DNA of 64,000 nt from Octopus sinensis. Its lineage: Eukaryota. The translations under genes and the position numbers were made by a program. The notes beneath the pieces are model-generated. The model worked only from the letters and a program-made list of their open reading frames with translations, was not told where the DNA came from and ran no database searches. The stretch spans positions 49,724,001-49,788,000 of the forward strand of contig NC_043005.1 of NCBI RefSeq assembly GCF_006345805.1, in the 5' to 3' direction. This document shows, in pieces, positions 1 through 10,659 of the stretch. Numbering within the stretch: position 1 is the first letter of the stretch; each line of letters starts with the position of its first letter.

Positions 1-2065
1 GTTTTAAAAATGGGAAAGAAACATTGGATGATAGAATCCCAGATATACTTGGCCAGTTCACAGATGACCTGGAGCTAAGCAACAACAGCAACAATGACCA
101 CTATATGTAAGTGAATAACCTGTGATTGATGTGGCCTACTGCCAGATTATAATGCTGAGTGCAGCGCTTTATATGAAACGGTGACTGTGTTATAACTATC
201 TCTTATCTGTCGCTAAGAACAGCAGTCAAACACCAGTTGGCACTGAGCGCTTTGTACAAATAGCAGTTGTGTAGTTACTGTATCACTCTAAGAACAGTAA
301 CCAAACACCAGCCTTTGACTGCTGTGACTACTGTCAGAGATAATGCTGTATGCTCTGTACAAACAGTAGTTGTATAGTAAAAATATCTCTCTAAGTACAG
401 CAGCTGGACATCAATGATATTTCATGTAAAGCACAAAACAGTAGCTCATTACTTCTGATTTCCAAATCTATTACATTTCATATATGATTTTTTTTTCTTT
501 TACTTGTTTCAGTCATTAGACTGCAGCCATGCTGGGGCACTGCCTGGAAGAACTATTAGTCAATTGAACTGACCCCAGAATGCAATTTCTTTTCTTTTTT
601 TTTTTAAAGTTGGTACTTATTCTATTGGTCTCTTTTGCTGAACTACTGAGTTAAGGGGATGTAAACACATCAACACTAGTGTGAAGCTGCTGTGTGGCAC
701 ACACACACACACACACACTGGGCTTCTTTCAGCTTTCAACTACCAAATCCACTTGCAAGGCTTTAGTCAGCCTAGAGTAGAAGACACTTGCCAAAGTGCC
801 ATGCAGTGGGGCTGAACCTGGAACCATGTGGGTGGGAAGCAAACTTCTTACCACACAGCCAAACCTGTACCTATAATCATGATAATTCTTTTACTGCTTT
901 CATCCACTAGACTTTGGCCACTTTAGGGCACCACATTCAAAGGTTTTAGACACTCTCAATCCTATGTTATTTGGTATAGAAAAACAGATAAAGACTGAAA
1001 ATTAAATAAAAGGAAGAAAAGCAAAGAAAATGGCAATCACCTTAATAGGACAAGCTGCTGGTGTCCTCCAAGTAAATATATATTCACAGAATTTTGTTTC
1101 ACTCTCAAAAGAAATATAATGCTAGAAAACAAAGAAAAGAGATTGTATTTTTCAGTCAGCATATTTTTCAAATATCATTTTTGGGGTTTAAATTTTATTT
1201 TTTTAAATTTCTGTTCCATACTCTGCTGCACATTGATCCATGTGGACAGTTCCAGTAGAGAATCAATTTTCTCCCTGCCCATAGGAAAAGGTCATTAGTC
1301 TCTCAATAATCCTTCCACCATTTCTTGAGAGAGGATGGTGTTTGTGTGATTCCCTGTAGCTCTTCTCAGAGTACAAGATAGCTATTTATCTAGCTAGAGT
1401 AAGAGTGAGAAAGAGAAAGAAAGAGATGGAAGTGGGTAGATGGAAAAGAGAAAGAGAAAAGGAAGGGAGAGAATAAGAATTATCATCTGCAGTACATTCG
1501 TATTTTATCAAGTCCAGAATGATGAAAGACAAAATTAACAACACTCATAGGATTTGAACTCAGGGTGCAGAGAACTAGATCAAATACTGCAAAGTCATTC
1601 TATCCAATAATCTATATTTTCCATTGAATGGACTTTAATCTTTTTGAGAAATTCACTGGAAAAGAACATTCTTTTTTTCCACATTTACCTTCTCTTTCAA
1701 GTGGGACATGAGAAATCGATATGAACTTGACTAAAGAGGAAAGTGCCTATCCTCAAACCTTTCAGCCTTATTCACAATATAACCTCTTTCAACATAACTG
1801 CCTACTCAAAAGAGAACGGCAGTGATCTTCACAATGGCCAACAGCAGGATCCATCTTACACAACAACAGTGACTTGATATAATGCACCAAGTGAGCAATG
1901 CCTGGACACAGAATGAGTGTGTGCAGAATGGTTTTATTGCTCCTCATGCATTTTGGACAGGTCTGTCTGTGCTTATAGAATTTGTCTTGAACAGGTAATC
2001 CCTCCCAGAAGCACTTCTCAGCTAAGGAATTCTGGAAAAAATCCACAGTAACTGAAAATACTTAC

Positions 2066-2256
2066 CTCAACTGGGCTACAAAAGAAATTAATGCGAGTGC
2101 TCCGATGGCTTTCCTTGTCAGTGCCTTTATGACACAAGTCTCCATTGCGATAACGTAAACTCAGAGTTCCATCTGATAATGCAATGGGTTTACCTTGAAC
2201 ATAACCCATGTTATAGTCTCCTCGGCCTGGAGCTATTTGACAACCACCAACATTAC
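2066..2256 (-). CDS. IGF2R: CI-MPR exon, domain 8 (NVGGCQIAPG...GDLCHK...HRSTRINFFCSPVE)
   Basis: attcag acceptor, GTAAGT donor, 191 nt, phase 1 to 0. Confidence 0.94.
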
Positions 2257-3039
2257 CTGAATATTAAAGAAATATCTCATTAAATAAATTGACTCTTAGA
2301 AAGCAATTATGAATCAAAATCTTTAAATTATTAGCATTTAGGTTAATATGAACACTAAGCTTTTGAACGTACTTATGCCACATGCCTAGCAATAATATTT
2401 TCCAATTAATTGCAATGAGACATCTCAGTATAAAAGTCAGCTATTCTTTAAACTTAAAATATAAAGGCATTGTAAATACATTTGAGATCCTTTATAACTT
2501 AACCCCTCATTCTGTATATAAAAGGCTATATTAGGAATTGAAATATTCTGAAAATGAATTAAAATCACATTGGTCTAATTTTTGATGATATGTTCTCATT
2601 AACTTGAATTCTAACCCACAGTAAAACTGAGTATGTTTATATATACAAAATAAAAACAAAACAGATTATGCCTTTACAATGTATTACTGTTTTTTTTTTT
2701 TTGTTTTTTTTTTGCTAAAGGTATATAATGTTTATAAGGTTAACATAATAAAGAAAAAGTTTGTGAATGAGTTGTGGTGGATTTCAGAAAATTTTAAATA
2801 GAAGATAAAAATAATACAGTTATGATTATGCATTTTCATTTTACTTCAGTTTTAACCCAGAACAATCTTTACGTATGGATTCAAAACAATAAGGTAAGGG
2901 AGCTTTTTTTTTTTTTTCAGAAGCAAAGTTATAAGTTAAAGGGTAACATACTTTATCCTTCCTTAACCTCTTAAATCACTGAACCAGCGAAAAACCCTCT
3001 ACATGATAGGATGTAATTTGAGGGAAATTTCAACATCAT

Positions 3040-3500
3040 CATTTAATGTCTGCTTTCCATGCTGGCATAGGTTAAACGGTTTGACTGGAACATGTAAGCT
3101 GGAGAGCTGCACTAGGTTCCAGCCTGATGTGGCATGGTTTCTACAGCTGGATGCCCTTCCTAACACCAACCACTTCAAGAGTGTAATGGGTGCTTTTTAT
3201 GTACCACTGGCATGGGTGTCATTTACATGACACTGACAACGGCCACAACTACGATTTCATGGGTACTATTTACATGACACTAGCAATGGTCATGACTATG
3301 GTTTCACTTGGCTTGACAAGTCTTCTGAAGCACAGCACATTGCCAAAGGTCTTGAACACTTGTCATTGCCTCTGTTGAGGCCCAACATTTGAAGATCATG
3401 TTTCACCTCTTTGTCCCTCACCTCTGTGAGGCCCAACATTTGAAGATCATGCTACTGGCAATGGCTATGATTATGATTCCATGGGTGCTATTTACTTGAC
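3040..3500 (-). mobile_element. Older RTE 3'-end fragment. Similar fragments at about 13545-13740, 14400-14790, 15175-15555, 20340-20612, 22260-22452, 27235-27720 and 50850-51090.
   Basis: Shared ttccatgctggcatggg...ggatgcccttcctaacgccaaccac terminus with (CAT)n/(GAT)n tails. Confidence 0.75.
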
Positions 3501-3698
3501 ACCAGCGACAGCCATGATTACATGCTATATATTTTTATCAAGTCAAGCAATCGTCTTAAAAACAAGGAAGGACACATTAGATAGTGGTACCATCAAGACT
3601 GGAATACCTTTGATCATAATCCTGTTTAGTTGGAGTGGAGTAACAAGCTCTCACAGCCATTGAACCTCACTGTATACAAATAACTAATTAAAATTTAC

Positions 3699-3989
3699 CT
3701 GCACAACTTGTATTGCCTGTATAATCATTAATTGGTGAGCAAATGTTGATGATGTACTTCATACTTCCAACAGGAAGTTCCCAGTTGCCGTTTTGCTTTG
3801 TCAATCGGGACAAATCATATTGGTTACCAAGACGGTCTTGAACAACACAATCAACTGTCTGTGGTGGACAAGCAAGAGGAGTATCAAACTGGAATATGTA
3901 GCTGCTTTCAGTTGTTCTCACCAAACTGACAATGCCTAAATCTGTCTCTTTGGCACAGACAAAATTAATTGTTACCTTGAAAAGAGAAC
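3699..3989 (-). CDS. IGF2R: CI-MPR exon, domains 7/8 (SLFKVTINFVC...FDTPLAC...INICSP...TSCA)
   Basis: attcag acceptor, GTAAAT donor, 291 nt, phase 1 to 1. Confidence 0.95.
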
Positions 3990-4583
3990 CTGAATGAAGA
4001 GGAAAAAGCAAATCAAAGATATGGAAACAAAAAAAAAAAGAAAGAAATAAGGAAAATTTGGCACAAAAGTATTACAAAGAACAAATGTATTAGGAGACTT
4101 TGCTTTTATTCATAAACACCTGCAGCATCAATTGGTTTGTGTCTGTCTGTATGTGTGTGTGCATGTGTGTAGTATGTTAATATGCATTCACATACTACAT
4201 GTGAATACATGTAACAGGTGCAAATTTGTTTGTGTTAATAAGCCATCACACACGAGCAAACAAGCATGCTTAACTAAGAGTATTACAGCATGCACATAAT
4301 CTGTTCCCTGTGTCTGTTTAATATTATCATTCTATTTAAACACTGTTTTTAATGGCTTAAAGAAGAGAAAGGACAATGCCCAGGACTTTTCAGTAGGACC
4401 TACAATGCTAGTGGGAGGAAACTAAGGGAGAAATTTACTTGTAGGCTGCTGCAGTAGGAAGCAACATATTGAGATATTGGACTGTCTTCACATGGAGACC
4501 CAGTTCCAATTCTTTCAACAGTGTATGGACTTGCCAAAGGTACCCAAAAGTGAAGCAGTCATTTTCAACTGGTTGATGAACTA

Positions 4584-4786
4584 ACTCTTTACTCTTTTAC
4601 TTGTTTCAGTCATTTGACTGCGGCCATGCTGGAGCACCGCCTTTAGTCAATCAAATCGACCCCGGGACTTATTCTTTGGAAGCCCAGTACTTAATCTATC
4701 GGTCTCTTTTGCCGAACCGCTAAGTGACGGGGACGTAAACACACCAGCATCGGTTGTCAAGCAATGCTAGGGGGACAAACACAGAA

Positions 4787-4845
<59 letters not shown>

Positions 4846-5013
4846 GACGATGGGATTCTTTCAGTGTCCATCTACCAAATCCACTCACAAGGCATTGGTC
4901 GGCCTGGGGCTATAGCAGAAGACACTTGCCCAAGATGCCACGCAGTGGGACTGAACCCGGAACCATGTGGTTGGTTAGCAAGCTACTTACCACACAGCCA
5001 CTCCTGCGCCTAT
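4584..5013 (-). mobile_element. SINE family A, young copy: tRNA-like head, CORE-like segment, internal (TA)n(TG)n, gagtaaaa tail
   Basis: Near-identical to 8862-9290 and 52508-52874. Confidence 0.88.
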
Positions 5014-5126
5014 GTACACTATGTAACAAAATAAATACAGAAGAATAAGAAACTGGGACATAGATGAAATATAGTAGTAGTAATTATGATAGGCCATTTT
5101 GCAAAACAAAAAGTTTTAAATCTTAC

Positions 5127-5301
5127 CATCAGATAAATGTTTTCCAGCATAGACCAGCTGTAAATGTCTGTCAGTCAGTTCTAGTTCAGTATTAACAGCT
5201 GCCAGACCAGTTACTGTACCTGAGACTTGTTCACAAACTGCTGCTTTTGAATTGTCAGGCATGGTACAGCCAGGCAAATTCACAGGTCCACAAATGTTCA
5301 A
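5127..5301 (-). CDS. IGF2R: CI-MPR exon, domain 7 (LNICGPV...AVCEQ...KHLSD)
   Basis: ctccag acceptor, GTAAGA donor, 175 nt, phase 0 to 1. Confidence 0.93.
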
Positions 5302-7008
5302 CTGGAGGCAGATAAACAAACAGATTAACACATAAACAGCTGCAAAAATTTAAGTAACCATTCCTTCTGCTATTTTTTTTAAGCCACAAAAGCAATATAT
5401 TTGTGGTATTTTGGAAATGGCTCTTCACATTCTAAGTTCAAATTCCATCCAAGATCACTTTGCTTTTAATTTGCAGAGTTAAATGAAGGAGCAGTTGAGA
5501 AAAATAACTTTCAGGGGTTGATTTAATTGATTAAACCCGTGTGTGACTACAATCAGATGACTGAAACCAGAAAAAATAAAGATACAGAAAAACTATTTTT
5601 AAGGGATATGTGTAAGTGTGGCTATGAAACACAGAAGCCATGTGGCATTGCTACCATTTGGCTTACATTTGCCATGTAACAGTTTTCCCTTTTTTAAACG
5701 CATTTCTGCTGAGGTCAACTTTGCCTTTCATCCTTTTGGGTTCGATAAATTAGATACCAGTTGCATACTGGGGTTGATCTAATCAACTGGCCCCCTCCCC
5801 CAAAATTTTGGGCCTTGTACCTAGAATAGAAAATAATGTAAGAATATTTCAAATAAAATTTTTTTTCCTCCAACAGGATTAATGACTGTGTGCCAAACCA
5901 AGAGCTTATAGGACATGTCAGGTCACGTCAAAAGTGATCAAATATTGATAATCATGCTAAAGTTTCATTAACTAAACCAGCAATACAACACAACTAAATT
6001 TTTTATGAGTGATTGGAATAAAAACCAATGCCTGTCTACAAGGGTAGGTGACCTAAACCAGAAGTCAACAGCTATCCATCTAAATATGGAACAACCCCAT
6101 CAAGGCTTTTGAACCTAGCATTGTTGATGCTTAGCAATCTTTTCATTCAGTTGTCTCTCTCAGAGTTACTAGACTTGTCTTTACACTGACCTAGGGAGAC
6201 CTAGGAGAGAGAAGCATCTTGATAGGTAAGGAGAACTACACTCCTGTCCTATAATGACTGTTAGTGAAACCAATAATCAGCAGGAAACATAAACCAAAGG
6301 GCAGGGGTGTGTACCATCGCCTTTTATATCTGAAGATTTGTTTCAGTCATTTGTTAAAATACAAATGAGCTAAGAGAAACCACTCAGAAAGGACAATGGC
6401 ATGTATTTGAACAACATAGACAAAATCCAGGCATATCAAATACCATACAACATAAAGTCTTAAATTATTAAAATATTCTTTGTCTCTAGATGTGTCACAA
6501 TTATCAAATGGCAAACAATGCCAGCTCTATATGAGGAAGGGAGATAATTTCAAGACTCAAGAATTCTCCAAAGGTGTCATGCCATTTAAGAAAAGGACAA
6601 GCTTAGTGTCTAGAGATTAGAGGATATTTGTGTTCACATGTTCTTCCCTCAATAGACATAATCAGCACAATTGTCCAAACTTATCTCCAGTAACCATGGA
6701 ACTCAGACTTATACAAAAAAGTAAAGAGTAGAATACATTTATGGCCTAAGTAATTCGTATGATTTAAACAAAAGTGAGCTAAGAGAAATAACTTGGGCTA
6801 GCTAGTGGTATGTATTTGAACAGACTAATTTTCCCAATGTTAATTTACAATGACCCATTTCAAATGATAATCTTAATAACAGGTTCTCTGAAGAAGAGCA
6901 GTTCATATACTTAAAAGCATTTGAGAATCGGTAAGCTCTTAGCACAATGTGACTGAGGCATAATTAAACTTGTTTTAATTCACTTAACACCTCTTTTATT
7001 ATTATTAT

Positions 7009-7490
7009 AAGGCAGTGAGCTGACAGAATCGTTAGCACACCGGGCAAAATGATTAGCAGTATTTTATTTGTCACTATGTTCTAAGTGAAAATTCTGCCGA
7101 GGTTGACTTTGCCTTTCATTCTTTGAGGGTTGGTTAAAAAAGTACCAGTTACCCATGGGTCGTTGTAATCAACTTAACCCCTTCCCCCAAATTTGAGGCT
7201 TTGTGCTTCCAGTAGAAAGAATTACTATTATTATTATTATAATGTGATGGTAAGCTGGCAGAATCGTTAGCATACCAAGTGGTATTTCACTTGTTGCTAT
7301 ACTCTGAGTTCAAATTCCGCCAAGGTCAAATTTGCCTTTCATCTTTTTGAGGTCGATAAATTAAAGTACCAGTTATGCACTGGGATCGATGTAATCAACT
7401 ATTCCTCTCCCCACAAATTCCAGGCCTTGTGCTTATAGTAGAAAGGATAATTAAGGCAGCAAGCTGGCAGAATCGTTAGCATGGTGAGTA
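7009..7490 (+). mobile_element. Head-to-tail cluster of three family B SINEs, the third truncated
   Basis: Repeated gctg(g/a)cagaatcgttagca heads at about 7010, 7250 and 7455. Confidence 0.8.
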
Positions 7491-7726
7491 TTAACATAGT
7501 ACTTGAGACTTGTTCACAAACTGACTTGGTGATAGACTAAGTAAATGGATATTATGTAACACCTTTCATCAATTTTGTAGATTATGTAAAAGGGTATATG
7601 TAACACCTTTCATCAATTTGGAGTCAATGAGGGATCTTGGATTTAAACAACATAATTATAAATCCTAATCTCCACAGAAAAAAAATCAAAGAGAAATTTT
7701 AGTTGAAAAAAATTAAATACACTTAC

Positions 7727-7933
7727 ATAGAATTTACGAGACTGTGAAACAATACTGTAAGATCCATCCCTTGTCAAAGGCTGCAGATTATAAATGTAAC
7801 CAGAATTGGTGTCCTTTACTGAGCATTTCTCCTTATTGCTTTCTGTGCTGGTCTGAATACATGCAGCTGGAGTGTTCCACAAGAATACATAATGACACCC
7901 TGAATTGATATTTAACAAACTTGGACCATGCTC
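7727..7933 (-). CDS. IGF2R: CI-MPR exon, domains 6/7 (EHGPSLL...WNTPAAC...RKFY)
   Basis: tgacag acceptor, GTAAGT donor, 207 nt, phase 0 to 0. Confidence 0.94.
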
Positions 7934-7994
7934 CTGTCAAAGATATCAAACCATAGAAAAGCTGAGAAAGTTTCTTTGCAATGTCTTTTTTTTT

Positions 7995-8087
7995 TTTAAT
8001 GCTTATTTTATTTTATTTTAAATTTATTTTATTTTATTTTAAATTTATTTTATTTTATTTTAAATTTATTTTATTTTATTTTAAATT
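7995..8087. repeat. AT-only 21-bp tandem repeat (aaatttattttattttatttt), about 4 copies
   Basis: Direct inspection. Confidence 0.85.
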
Positions 8088-8861
8088 TCAGAGTTCTTTA
8101 AATTGACAGGATCTCTCTCTTAATTCATCTGTTGGTCTCCCTTTATTTCTCTGTATTTTTCTGGTAGAGCCTATGATTTGTGCAAGGCCAGTAAGACTAG
8201 TAGGTAGAAAGGGAGTGGAGAAAAATTCACCACTTGCTGTAATAGGCATCAGTACATCGAGAAAATGAATTATTCACAGACTAGAGACCTTGTCCAATTG
8301 CTTGCAACTTAATGGACTCTGTTCAAGGCACTCAAAGATCAGACGGTAGTATCAAACTAGTGAACAATATGTCAGCCATTTAATTAGTCATGATGGGGTA
8401 AAATAAGTGCTTTCAAATTTTTATTTCTACAGACAGAATATGAAGATACTACAAATGAAAGGTGGAAACTACCTCAACTAACAGCAATAACACTAAGACT
8501 GCTACAGGTGTGAAATTTGCCAAATGCTGTCCCATGGCATACGTCATTGTCCACTTTCACATCAGAATGTTATGCTCAAAAAACAATTTGGTATAAAAAC
8601 CAGTAGTATAAAAGCACTCCATTGGTTATGATGACAAGGGTTCTAGTTGATTTGATCAACAAAACAGCCCGTTTATGAAATTAACAAGCAAATGGATGAG
8701 TACTCCACAAAGTATGTTTCTCAGGGAGGTTCAGCATGACACAGAATGTGACAAGGCTGGCCCTTTGAACTACAGGTGAGTCGACTGGAGGAATGTCAAA
8801 TAAAATGTCTTGCTCAAGGACACAACATGCTTCTGGGAATGAAACTCATGACCTTATAATC

Positions 8862-9025
8862 ATAGGCACAGGAGTGGCTGTGTGGTAAGTAGCTTGCTAA
8901 CCAACCACATGGTTCCGGGTTCAGTCCCACTGTGGCATCTTGGGCAAATTTCTTCTGCTATAGCTCCGGGCCGACCAATGCCTTGTGAGTGGATTTGGTA
9001 GACGGAAACTGAAAGAAGCCTGTCG

Positions 9026-9075
<50 letters not shown>

Positions 9076-9290
9076 TGTGTTTGTCCCCCCTAACATTGCT
9101 TGACAACCGATGCTGGTGTGTTTACGTCCCTGTCACTTAGTGGTTCGGCAAAAGAGGCCGATAGAATAAGTACTGGGCTTAGAATGAATAAGTCCCGGGG
9201 TTGATTTGCTCGACTAAAGGCGGTGCTCCAGCATGGCCACAGTCAAATGACTGAAACAGAGTAAAAGAGTAAAAGTAAAAGAGAGAGAGT
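8862..9290 (+). mobile_element. SINE family A, young copy nested in an older family C SINE
   Basis: ggagtggctgtgtggtaag...ggttcagtccc...tgggcaa; host SINE resumes at about 9290. Confidence 0.88.
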
Positions 9291-9934
9291 AAGCCAATTA
9301 CCCAAACCACTAAGCCATGCACGTTCAGTAATACACATCATCATAAAATACACAATATAATAGTCAAATAATCATTAACATATTTAATGTAGGGATCAAT
9401 CAAAAGCCAACTATGAACAATAATGCAATGAAGTATAATGAAGCATAGACCTCACTATATTTGCTGAAAAGATGATAAGAGATGTACTAAATAAAATGTA
9501 GAGCTCCAGACTGAAACAAAATGAGCCAAAAGGAGCTCATATGTGGTATTCCATCCTGCTAAAAACAGCAGTCAAATATACACCTACAAACTTAAATAAA
9601 GTAAGAAAACATTAAATAATGAAGTTCTACATAGCCCTAAGAAGACAACATGAACATGGTTGGAATGATTATAGGTCAGATCATGCAAACTTGGGAATGA
9701 AATAATCTTACATTGCTAGAAATAGTTTCAAAACCTCTCTCAAATTATATTGTATTATGTTGTGTTAAAATGGAAGGAGAGAAACATACAAGATAAAATA
9801 GTTCTGGATACATTCTACCTTAATAATGGGATGGACATAGCTTGAAAACCTTAGGAGATAGGCCTGTTCAGTAAAGATTGGTCTAAGGGTTAAACCACAA
9901 CAATGAATCCTATTTCAACTTTTCTTTTACTTAC

Positions 9935-10099
9935 TGATATTTTCTTTGTGCAGTGGAAATGGATTGTTGTGGAATAGTTGGTCAGTTTGTGATCAGTGTC
10001 CATGCATGCTTTACCATTGGTGTATTCCAATACAATGTTATCTCCTTTCTTCTGAAGACCTTTAACAACTTCTCCAAGGTTTTCATTAGCAATCACTTC
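9935..10099 (-). CDS. IGF2R: CI-MPR exon, domain 6 (EVIANENLG...LEYTNGKAC...HFHCTKKIS)
   Basis: tcacag acceptor, GTAAGT donor, 165 nt, phase 0 to 0. Confidence 0.94.
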
Positions 10100-10316
10100 C
10101 TGTGAAAATAAAATAAAGAAATATATAAATCTAAACGGGAAACACTGAAAATAAAAAAAAGTGTAGGCGTAAGAGCAGACAGCATAATGGCTCCAAATAC
10201 TGTCTCAACTGATTCAATTGTTCTCTGGAGAATCATTGGCTAATTAGAGTGTAAGTATTTTTTGACCTTTAACCTCTTAACATACATTTTTGTTTTCAAT
10301 TTCCATGTAAAAAATA

Positions 10317-10490
10317 TCATCATCATCATCATCATCATTTAATGTCCGCTTTCCATGCTAGCATGGGTTGGACGATTTGACAGAGGTCTGGCGAACCAGA
10401 TGACTGCGCCAGACTCCAATCTGATCTGGCAGAGTTTCTACAGCTGGATGCCCTTCCTAACGCCAACCACTCCAACAGTGAAGTAAAAAA
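10317..10490 (-). mobile_element. RTE 3'-end fragment
   Basis: (CAT)n followed by ttccatgctagcatgggttggac; reverse complement of roughly 13190-13365. Confidence 0.85.
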
Positions 10491-10659
10491 TATGTTTATT
10501 ATTTATTTTGAATCTGTATATAAAGAAGAATAAATGCACCTATTATTTTGGATTAGTCATGATTTATTGTGAAGTTACTAATAAAAATGATAGTTAATGA
10601 TAGAAAGTGGGAATAAACACCATGAATGAAGTATTTGGGGTTAGTAATTAAGTGACATA

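Noticed and set aside
4420-4580. GC-elevated stretch between exons as a possible extra exon
   Set aside because: The flanking exons already join in phase, and the translation has stops and no MRH motifs.
5880-6900. Possible old LINE RT remnant (GCVPSP-like)
   Set aside because: Too degraded to assign by eye.
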